Shown here: in pieces, positions 39,854-49,158 of the stretch
How positions within the stretch are numbered: the first letter of the stretch is position 1
How the letters are laid out: each line of letters starts with the position of its first letter
DNA from: Lytechinus pictus
Lineage: Eukaryota
Length of the DNA stretch: 64,000 nt
NCBI RefSeq assembly: GCF_037042905.1
Contig: NC_087250.1
Coordinates: 14,262,001-14,326,000, forward strand
Direction: 5' to 3'
The notes under the pieces: generated by a model
The model's input: only the letters and a program-made list of their open reading frames with translations
Told to the model about the DNA's origin: nothing
Databases searched by the model: none
Translations under genes and position numbers: made by a program

Positions 39854-40127
39854 AGAATGAGAGAGACAGAGAAGATAGACAAATTAACAGATAGATAGAT
39901 ACTGTAGTTACATAGATAGATAGATAAATAGATAGATAGAAGATAGATAGATAGATAGAGAGAAATAGAGAAAGACAGACAGATGGATAGATAGAGAGAG
40001 AGAGGGAGAGAGAGAGACATAGAGAATTTGAGAGATACGGTAGATGTTAGATGGATAGATAGATAAAGAATGAGAGAGACAGAGAAGATATACAAATTAA
40101 CAAATAGATAGATACTGTAGTTACATA

Positions 40128-40655
40128 TGTAAGAGTTGAATTTTGCCTCATTTAATATAATTGTTTATTTCACACTTTGCTTTCCATACTTCTCTTCACT
40201 ACCATTTCTATGCCTCTGTCACACACCTGTTTCTCTCATTCCTTAGTTTCTTCATCACATCATTCCATTGCCATTCCAACTCCATACAGCTTCACATGTT
40301 TCTATTGTTATTTTCTCATTTACATTCAGAACATTCTTCTTCATTCATATCATCTTACCTCATCCTCATTGGTTCACCTTTCACCCTTGGTTCCTCCACT
40401 TTTCTGGGTTCTCCCATTCTCTGTTTCTCTATTGGTTGAATTTATCATGTGACATTATTTTTGAATATATTTGAATGTATTATTTGTGAAGGCAATGCCT
40501 AGTGAGGTCTGCATTGCAGACCAATAAACCAGAGCACTACTAGACTTCATTTTAGTCAACATCTTTATTTTTGAGTTTAGTTCAATATAATATGAGTTTG
40601 CTTGTTTCTGACTGATTTGTGAGGTAGACATGTTAGAACTCTCGGCCACACTACA
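40128..40655 (+). repeat. 5' LTR (528 bp)
   Basis: TGTAAGAG...CCACACTACA; AATAAA at ~40524; near-identical to 48261-48785. Confidence 0.95.
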
Positions 40656-40658
40656 AAC

Positions 40659-40672
40659 TGGTAGCAGCGGTG
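40659..40672 (+). promoter_or_regulatory. Primer-binding site
   Basis: TGGTAGCAGCGGTG 3 nt after the LTR; resembles the complement of the 3' end of tRNA-Leu (TGGTGGCAGCGGTG) or, less well, tRNA-iMet (TGGTAGCAGAGG). The primer tRNA is unresolved. Confidence 0.8.
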
Positions 40673-41145
40673 TCTCCCTAACTTCAGGCAGAGTTTGCAG
40701 CCAGTGATAGCCCTACCAAGCTAATTTCACCCTGCTTCAACTGACATGTTAGCTCTTCCTCCTTCAGTAAAGCTATTTGCCTCCTACTTTATGTGCATAG
40801 ACTTCAATATACTACTCATTGTGGGTTTAGTACTTTAAGCATTTTGCAACCTGCTTCAAGTCTTGATTTCTCCCTTCATCTTGAATTTTAGCGGAGTAAA
40901 TTTGTCTACATATTTGAGTAAGTCTACCACCATTTTGTCAGATATCATATATATTTGATGTCATCCTTCATCATTTATTCTCCAGTTATTTATTAGTATG
41001 CAACTTATGAGATAGTATTTTCATCCTTTGCATGATTAGTAAGCTCCCTCCTTCATTAAGACACTTTTATGCTGTTAATGAAAGTTGATCGCCCTTCTTC
41101 ATTTACATGAACTTGTACAGCATTGTCTGGTAGTCTTAATTCATC

Positions 41146-42240
41146 ATGGCAATGTTTCGCCTTGAATTACCAGAGACTTTCACTGGAGAAGGTCAAGATT
41201 TTCACCAATGGGTGAAAAGATTTGAAGTTGCAGTTGACTCAGTAGGCAGTAGTAATGCTCAGAAACATAGCTTGCTTCCTTCCAGACTTTCAGGTTCAGC
41301 ATTTACTGTCTGGGAAAATATTCCTGATTCTGATAAGAAAGACTTTGAGAAAGTAAAGACAATTCTTTCAGAAATATTTGGCAGAAAAACATACCTAACA
41401 AACTTCCGTTCTTGTGTTACTGCACGGACTAGACAGCCCCTAGAACCTATTGAAGTATTTGCAGCAGCTATTTCAACGTTAGTTGGTGAAGCTTTTCCCA
41501 AGTACGATGAGGAAGCTCAAGATGGTGAGAAGTTTCGTCGCTTCATGGCAGGCTTAGACTTACAGCTGAGGAGAAAGCTATATGAATACGGTGTCGAATC
41601 TTTCAAGCAAGCCGTTAATACTGCAGTTCGCATAGAACAAGCAACACTTTTGGGTCAGTCTGATAGTACTCAGATTCAAGTGGCTGCTACATCCAAGTCT
41701 GAGAACTCAAACGATGCACTCATGCAGCGTATTGCCTCCCTAGAGGAAAAGATTGAAACACTCACGATGTCAGGTCGCTCAAGATCTCCTTCCTCCTTCG
41801 AGAAAAGACCACATGACAGAAATTATCATCGGTCACCATATTCAAGTCCAAATAGGTACTCACGTGGTGATGATAGATCATACCATCGTCGGTCAGCATA
41901 CTCGAGTCCGACTAGATACTCCCGTCGCGATGAAAGGCCATATCATGGACATCGTTCACCCTCATCTAGTCCGACAAGATATGGGTACCACCACGATAAG
42001 CATACTTACCAGCAAGAGAGATCACGACATAGATCATATCCCCATTCTTATCATGATTCCTCCCTTCATCGATCAGACTCACCTAGAAGGAAATTCTCGT
42101 CGCCCTCATCCAGTCCGACAAGATACTCGTCGCACTCACAGTCATCCTCCTTCAGACGTCCCCCTACTCCGCCCAGAAGGCAACGGAATGTTCGCTTCAA
42201 CGACCAAGCTGATAGAACTTACCAGGGAAACTACCTCTAG
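41146..42240 (+). CDS. gag: Gag (capsid-like N-terminus, coiled coil, RS/YH-rich C-terminus)
   Basis: 364-aa ATG ORF; PETFTGEGQDFHQWVKRFE, RQPLEPIEVFA and RFMAGL are retrotransposon capsid-like motifs. Confidence 0.93.
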   Translation: MAMFRLELPETFTGEGQDFHQWVKRFEVAVDSVGSSNAQKHSLLPSRLSGSAFTVWENIPDSDKKDFEKVKTILSEIFGRKTYLTNFRSCVTARTRQPLEPIEVFAAAISTLVGEAFPKYDEEAQDGEKFRRFMAGLDLQLRRKLYEYGVESFKQAVNTAVRIEQATLLGQSDSTQIQVAATSKSENSNDALMQRIASLEEKIETLTMSGRSRSPSSFEKRPHDRNYHRSPYSSPNRYSRGDDRSYHRRSAYSSPTRYSRRDERPYHGHRSPSSSPTRYGYHHDKHTYQQERSRHRSYPHSYHDSSLHRSDSPRRKFSSPSSSPTRYSSHSQSSSFRRPPTPPRRQRNVRFNDQADRTYQGNYL

Positions 42241-45200
42241 TTGGTGATGCGGGTCACTCATCAACTCCCACAACTACGGCCCAAGTAAACAAAGAAAATG
42301 AATCCGAGTGTTTGCCGCAACAACCACCCTTCATCCCTGTAATCCTAGACAACACATATGTCTTGGCGTATTTAGACTGCGGATCATACACCTCCCTTGT
42401 CAGCAGTGATTTCTATGACTCAATACCAAAGTCTCAGAGAAGCCCTCTAGTGAAATCCACTATTGCAGCAACGTCTGTCACCAAACAGCTTCTAGACATC
42501 ATCGGTACCATTGACATCATCCTACATCTTGGTAATACTTCACGACGACATACGTTCATGGTTGCCAGAGGAATAAGCCACCCTGTCATCATAGGTTGGG
42601 ATTTCTTTTGGAGAAACGACGCAGTACTCTCCACTACTACGTTCACCATGCCAGGTGTAACGATACCTCTAGTCGACAAGCACCGTTACCAAGCCCCTTT
42701 CAAGTGCAATGTTACACTGGTAGGACAAGTCTCTATACCAGCAATGAGTGAGATACATGTCCAAGGCAGACTAGAACCTCAACAACCAGACCTTATCCCG
42801 CAAGGATATGATGGTATCTTTGAGCCAACATTACAAGAATATCATCCTGTAGCTGGTGCCAGATCAGTGAACACAGCCCAAGACGGTCTCATCCTTGTTA
42901 GACTGGTCAATACATCTCAAGAAAAGGTTGATCTTACAGTGAACACCACCCTTGGTCACTTCCACTCACTGACCAGTGATCCAGAAGAAGAATACAAGAT
43001 CTTCGATAAGGTGATTGCAGCTACCCAAGAGGCAAAACCAATCTTACCAGTAGATGACATGCTTTCCAAATCAGACCTTACCAAGGAACAGTATGACAAG
43101 ACCAAGCAAGTTCTAAATTCCTATGCTGATGTGTTTAGCTCATCTCAAGAAGATATAGGACAGGCTGATGTCTACCACAAGATAACCACAACGAGTGACA
43201 CACCCATCCGTCAAAGAGCTTATCGCACATCACCTACCATGCGATGTGAAATTCAGAGACAGGTAGATAATCTTCTTGAACGTGGAATTATCGAAGAAAG
43301 CCACAGTCCTTGGTCGAGTCCTATAGTGATGGTAAAGAAAAAGGACAACACATACAGATTATGTGTTGATTACAGAGCTCTCAATGCCGTCACCATCAGA
43401 GACTCTCACCCGATACCTCGTCAAGATGATTCTGTTGACGCCCTCTCTTCGTCATCCTACTTCAGTGTCATGGATCTTTCAAGTGGTTATTGGCAGATAA
43501 GACTTGACCCAGAAAGTAAAGAGAAGACAGCCTTCACTACCGGTACTGGCTTATATCATTTTAATGTCATGCCATTCGGCTTAGTAAATGCACCAATGAC
43601 ATTTCAGCGTCTTATGGAATCTGTCTTACATGGTCTGCATTGGTCGACTTGTCTCATATACCTCGACGACTGTATTGTGATGGGTAGAAGCTTCGAAGAA
43701 CATCTCCAAAACCTCCAAGAAGTCCTCCAGCGCTTCAAAGACGCCGGATTGAAGTTGAAACCTACCAAATGCCAATTTCTACAGAAGAAAGTCAACTATC
43801 TAGGCTATGTAATTGGTACACAAGGAGTGCTTCCAGATCCAAACAACACAGCCAAGGTTGCAGCATGGCCAAGACCCAAGAATCCTTCACAAATCAGATC
43901 GTTCTTAGGCCTTGCTTCATTCTATCGTCGATTTATTCCATGCTTTGCCCAAGTTTCCACACCTCTTACCAATCTGACGCACAAAGGAACGCAATTCGTC
44001 TGGAATGCCGACTGTGAAAACGCCTTCATCAAACTGAAAATGGCACCTACCAATCCACCCATATTAGCATTTCCTAACTTCAACAAGACATTCAACATAG
44101 CCACAGATGCTTCTAGTGATGCTGTTGGAGCTATTCTCTCCCAAGTCCAAGATGGAAGAGAACACGTCATAGCCTACTACAGCCACAAACTATCAGAAAG
44201 TCAGAAGAGATGGTCTACATACGATCGAGAATTGTGGGCCATTGTCGCAGCTGTACGACACTTCCGCCACTATCTTAGAGGCCAGCCTTTCTCAGTATAC
44301 ACAGACCACCAACCACTTCTAGGATACATGAAAGTACCAATCCAAGACGATGCAACTGGTAGACGTGCACGCTGGATAGTAGAATTGGATGCCTATTCCT
44401 TCAAGATCATACATCGCAAGGGACGCTCCAATCAGAATGCTGACGCACTCTCTCGACGTCCACACAACCACTCAAGAGATAACCAAACTAATCTCCTACA
44501 TCAAGACCAAACCAGTTGTAATGTAGTTCACACAAGGTCTACTATGAAGTCTTACACTACTCAAGGATCGACTGAACACAAGTCCCAAAGTACTAACCAG
44601 ACGCAACCAGAAAATTTCGTTCTAGCCGATCAGCAATCTGAGTTGCAAGAACGCCAAGAACAAGACCCAGACATCAACCAAGTCATGGAGTATGTCAAGT
44701 TGGGATATCGACCATCTGTCAGAGAAATACGTCGCTTCAATCCCCGTACGAGACGACTACTCTGGGAATACCCTCGTCTGACAATTAAGGGAAACATACT
44801 CTATCGTATGAAATATGATAGACTTGGCACAACAATACTTCAACCAGTCATACCTCAAAAGCTCATTCCTAAAGTACTCGAAGAACTCCATGGACATCCT
44901 TCATCAGGCCATTTCGGAATTCAGCGCACACTTCATCGAGCAGAAGCCACATGTTATTGGCCATTCATGAGACGAGATATTACCAACCATTGTTCTACTT
45001 GTATGGCATGCGAGTCGTTCAGGTCACCAAATCCAAAACACCAAGCCCCATTACGAAGTATAACGACTGATCACCCTTTTCAGATGATCTTCGCCGACAT
45101 CGCTGAAATCCCCATTTCTCGCCGTGGATATCGCTACATACTAGTCATCATCGACCACTTCACAAAATATGTCAACATCTACCCTATGAGGAACCAAACT

Positions 45201-45974
45201 GCCGAGACGGTCGCCAAGCACATCTTCGAAGACTACGTCACAGAGCATGGTGTGCCAGAGACTCTGCACACTGACCAAGGTCGACAGTTTGAGTCAAGGC
45301 TCGTACAACAACTTTGCGAGAAACTTGGAATTCGCAAATCCAGATCTTCGCCTTACCATCCTCAAGGTGCTGGAATGGTCGAACGAGCAAATCGTGTGAT
45401 CAAAGAACAATTAGCACGATATGTCGCTGACAAACGTGGAGATTGGGATTCTCACCTCCCTCAACTACAACTTGCATACAACTCAAGTGTCCACTCCACA
45501 ACAGGACTTAGTCCCTACTTCCTTCTTCACGGAAGAGAAGCTCGAGTTCCAGTGAACATAACATGTCCAGTTCCAGCCCAGCAACATACTACCTCACCAG
45601 AACAGTATGTTATGGATCTCCAACAACGTCTTAAGAAAGCATTTCATTATGCCAAGCACAAATCTGAACTTGCCCAAAAGCAGCAGAAAGTAGGTTACGA
45701 CATGAAGACTCGTACCATCAAGTACTCTGTTGGAGACTTAGTTTGGCTTCATGACCCAGCAAATGCCAGACACAAGCTACAACCAAACTGGACCGGACCA
45801 TTTTCCATTATGTCTTCCTCAGAAGATGGTTTGAACTATCGTATTGAAGACATCCATAATCAGAGAATACAGAAGGTAGTGCATCATAACAGACTGAAGC
45901 TCTTCAGATCGAAACTACCTCAACCACCTGAGTCTAGTAAAGAAGGTGGAACTCATCCAACCATCCCTCCTTAA
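42225..45974 (+). CDS. pol: Pol polyprotein (PR-RT-RNase H-integrase), probably expressed by -1 frameshift
   Basis: LDCGS protease; RT MPFGL and YLDD; RNase H TDAS/DREL/TDH/NADALSR; integrase HHCC, D-D-E (ADIA, TDQG, VERAN) and GPF. The frame is open back to the slip site at 42225. Confidence 0.96.
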   Translation, partial: GKLPLVGDAGHSSTPTTTAQVNKENESECLPQQPPFIPVILDNTYVLAYLDCGSYTSLVSSDFYDSIPKSQRSPLVKSTIAATSVTKQLLDIIGTIDIILHLGNTSRRHTFMVARGISHPVIIGWDFFWRNDAVLSTTTFTMPGVTIPLVDKHRYQAPFKCNVTLVGQVSIPAMSEIHVQGRLEPQQPDLIPQGYDGIFEPTLQEYHPVAGARSVNTAQDGLILVRLVNTSQEKVDLTVNTTLGHFHSLTSDPEEEYKIFDKVIAATQEAKPILPVDDMLSKSDLTKEQYDKTKQVLNSYADVFSSSQEDIGQADVYHKITTTSDTPIRQRAYRTSPTMRCEIQRQVDNLLERGIIEESHSPWSSPIVMVKKKDNTYRLCVDYRALNAVTIRDSHPIPRQDDSVDALSSSSYFSVMDLSSGYWQIRLDPESKEKTAFTTGTGLYHFNVMPFGLVNAPMTFQRLMESVLHGLHWSTCLIYLDDCIVMGRSFEEHLQNLQEVLQRFKDAGLKLKPTKCQFLQKKVNYLGYVIGTQGVLPDPNNTAKVAAWPRPKNPSQIRSFLGLASFYRRFIPCFAQVSTPLTNLTHKGTQFVWNADCENAFIKLKMAPTNPPILAFPNFNKTFNIATDASSDAVGAILSQVQDGREHVIAYYSHKLSESQKRWSTYDRELWAIVAAVRHFRHYLRGQPFSVYTDHQPLLGYMKVPIQDDATGRRARWIVELDAYSFKIIHRKGRSNQNADALSRRPHNHSRDNQTNLLHQDQTSCNVVHTRSTMKSYTTQGSTEHKSQSTNQTQPENFVLADQQSELQERQEQDPDINQVMEYVKLGYRPSVREIRRFNPRTRRLLWEYPRLTIKGNILYRMKYDRLGTTILQPVIPQKLIPKVLEELHGHPSSGHFGIQRTLHRAEATCYWPFMRRDITNHCSTCMACESFRSPNPKHQAPLRSITTDHPFQMIFADIAEIPISRRGYRYILVIIDHFTKYVNIYPMRNQTAETVAKHIFEDYVTEHGVPETLHTDQGRQFESRLVQQLCEKLGIRKSRSSPYHPQGAGMVERANRVIKEQLARYVADKRGDWDSHLPQLQLAYNSSVHSTTGLSPYFLLHGREARVPVNITCPVPAQQHTTSPEQYVMDLQQRLKKAFHYAKHKSELAQKQQKVGYDMKTRTIKYSVGDLVWLHDPANARHKLQPNWTGPFSIMSSSEDGLNYRIEDIHNQRIQKVVHHNRLKLFRSKLPQPPESSKEGGTHPTIPP

Positions 45975-46577
45975 AACTCACAACCTCCTTCAAGTTTTCA
46001 ATCTCATCCTCAAACTTCCTTCATCGAATGGTCAACTACCAAACCACAACTGACGACAGATACTGGCCAACCATCATGGTCAGGGCAGTCTGTCTCTACA
46101 CCTGATGCCCAACGTCCTCCTTCATCTGACCAACCATCATGGTCAGGACAGTCTCGCTCCACACTAGATGTAAAACGTCCTCCTTCATCTGACCAACCTT
46201 CATGGTCAGGGCAGTCTCGCTCTACACCTGATGCCCAACGTCCTCCTTCATCTGACCAACCTTCATGGTCAGAATTGTCATCGCCAGATGTTCACCCCCA
46301 GTCTACATCTGACCAACCATCATGGTCAGAGCCCATCCAGCCGAGGCGAGAAGTTCGTAGAACTGACCGGAATCAGTCAGATGACCAACTACTACCAAAC
46401 CCCTCTGATGAGCGCACACCAGGTCTTCCTAACCAAACCCCAGGTCCATCCGATGTCAGACACCATAATGCCCCTCAAACTCAACCCCATGGACGTCCAC
46501 CAGATGAGAACATCACAACTACGCGTTATGGACGAAGAGTAAAAATACCAAAAAGATTTTGCGACGTTGAAAAATGA
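45975..46577 (+). pseudogene. In-frame continuation of pol beyond a single TAA, with 60-bp repeats
   Basis: Same frame as pol and open to TGA at 46575-46577; repeats DQPSWSGQSRSTPDAQRPPSS; ends TTRYGRRVKIPKRF. Confidence 0.75.
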
Positions 46578-48243
46578 TAATGTGAATTTATTGATTTCAG
46601 CTTTTACATTTACAATTTTAACCTTTCAAAGAAATAGCAACGATGAGAGTAAATTCAACAAAATCATCCAAAATTTAATGATTCCCATGCTTCAATCTTC
46701 GAACTGGAACATTTTAAACTTTTTTGAAGAAATTTCAAGCACCAAAATATTCAAGAGACTGAACTTATTTGAAAACGTAATCTTCAACAGTCAACATCGC
46801 GATGATATAGAAATTTGAACACCAAGGAACTTTTTCCAAGAAGAAGATAGTGAAATGTTGTAACAAGAATCGACAAATATATTCTATTTCTAGAACAACA
46901 TTTAAAAGTAATATAATTTTTAATAGAAAATAATCATCAATTAAAATCAACTACTAAATGAGGAAATATCTCAACCGAACTGTAAGAACATTTGAAGAAA
47001 ATTAACATTCGGAACGTTGAATTCTTTTAAAAAACATTTTGATCGAGCAATCGTTTGAAATTTTTGCTATTTTTCATGTTATATTATGTGACATTTGAAT
47101 TAATTGCATGTGTATCATGTATTTTCATAAATGCCTCAATATTTTCATACTATTACAAAACCATTTTATGCTCTTTTTACACAACGGGCTAATTTTTTCC
47201 CTGCACAGTACGGAAATTAGGTATTTTGCTTGTATACATTGTACCAAGTCATCTGGTACATGTACAAAAATATTGGACGATTTTGATATACAAAGTTTTA
47301 ACAAAAATTATATTTTTTTTCACTTTTATATTAGGTTACCAATTACAGATTGTACAAGTTGATGCAGTTCAATACTTTTAGAAGTTAGTGTTTTTAAAGA
47401 ATCAAGTTATTCAAATTGTAATTTTGCGAACAATAACAAAAACAGTTCAAAAGTTTAATAGAAACTGATATTTTCTTTCATTTTGAAATTTTCCAAATAA
47501 AAGATCATGTGATGTATAGTTTATTTAACAGAAAAGAAAAGTTCAGTATTATGTATGTTTTCTTTTCATATTCAAGCACATTTAAACATATTTCTGAAGT
47601 TTCTTTAAAAAAAAAGAAGAAAAAAAAGAGAAAGTCAATTTAGTGATCTGAGGATTTCATTTTAAATCCGCAAAAGTAAATATTTGTATAAAAATAATAC
47701 TTTGATATTATTCAGTTCTCGTTATTGTACAGATTACTGTATATTGTGCTTTATAGAACACAGGCAAAAAAAAAAAAAGTTTTATTTCTTGCTGTGTTAG
47801 CAACATGTATATTGAAAAGGGACTAAACAACTTTGCCATGTATATATAAATTTATGTTTAAAGATTTGCATTTATTGAAATGAAAGAAATACAGATGTAA
47901 TTCATGTTCTTGTATTTCTATTGCAACTGACAGAAGAACAACATTCATTGATCTTATATTTTGTTCAAATAAACAAGTAAAACGTTTTCATTTGTAAAAA
48001 AAAAAAAAAATGATTAATGTTCTTTCTGGATAATTTCATTTTGGCAAATTTCAAATTATCAACAACAAAAAATTGTTTTACTGACAGATGCAAAAGTTGC
48101 AGATAATGCTTAAAAATATATATATTTATGGATTTCCTCAAAGAAAGTACTCATCCTCAATTTTTGAATCCAAAAGTTTTCGGAAAACTACTTTGGACAA
48201 ATATGTATCAATGTGAAACTTATAAAAATGAGGACATTTTTTA

Positions 48244-48256
48244 GCGAAGAAGGAAG
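48244..48256 (+). promoter_or_regulatory. Polypurine tract
   Basis: gcgaagaaggaag 4 nt before the 3' LTR. Confidence 0.75.
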
Positions 48257-48260
48257 TTTA

Positions 48261-48785
48261 TGTAAGAGTTGAATTTTGCCTTATTTAATATAATTGTTTA
48301 TTTCACACTTTGCTTTCCATACTTCTCTTCACTACCATTTCTATGCCTCTGTCACACACCTGTTTCTCTCATTCCTTAGTTTCTTCATCACATCATTCCA
48401 TTGCCATTCCAACTCCATACAGCTTCACATGTTTCTATTGTTATTTTCTCATTTACATTCAGAACATTCTTCTTCATTCATATCATCTTACCTCATCCTC
48501 ATTGGTTCACCTTTCACCCTTGGTTCCTCCACTTTTCTGGGTTCTCCCATTCTCTGTTTCTCTATTGGTTGAATTTATCATGTGACATTATTTTTGAATA
48601 TATTTGAATGTATTATTTGTGAAGGCAATGCCTAGTGAGGTCTGCATTGCAGACCAATAAACCAGAGCACTACTAGACTTCATTTTAGTCAACATCTTTA
48701 TTTTTTAGTTTAGTTCAATATATGAGTTTGCTTGTTTCTGACTGATTTGTGAGGTAGACATGTTAGAACTCTCGGCCACACTACA
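48261..48785 (+). repeat. 3' LTR (525 bp)
   Basis: By eye it differs from the 5' LTR by two substitutions and one 3-bp indel. Confidence 0.95.
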
Positions 48786-48806
48786 CATAGATAGATAAAT
48801 AGATAG

Positions 48807-48863
<57 letters not shown>

Positions 48864-48960
48864 GGGGGAGAGAATTTGAGAGAGGGAGAGATGTTATAGA
48901 TAGATAGATATATATGGACGGAAAAAGAGAAATAGAGAAAGAGAGAAAACAAGACAGATG

Positions 48961-49010
<50 letters not shown>

Positions 49011-49021
49011 GGGAGAGAGAT

Positions 49022-49052
<31 letters not shown>

Positions 49053-49158
49053 TAGATAGATAAAGAATGAGAGAGACAGAGAAGATTAACAGATAGATAG
49101 ATACTGTAGTTACATAGATAGATAGAGATAGAATTTGAGAAATAGATAAATAAATATA

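Larger units (their letters stand above)
40128..48785 (+). mobile_element. Full-length Ty3/Gypsy LTR retrotransposon
   Basis: TG...CA LTRs, 4-bp TSD CATA (40124-40127 and 48786-48789), PBS, PPT, gag, and pol in PR-RT-RH-IN order. Confidence 0.97.

Noticed and set aside
36582..40095. Long 'YLSIYLS' ORFs (also 48710-49258 and 51181-51862)
   Set aside because: Stop-poor (TATC)n microsatellite; no real coding signal.
41753..42247. 164-aa ORF overlapping gag
   Set aside because: It is the +1 shadow frame of the RS-rich region, begins at TTG and stops before pol; the -1 frame explains pol expression.
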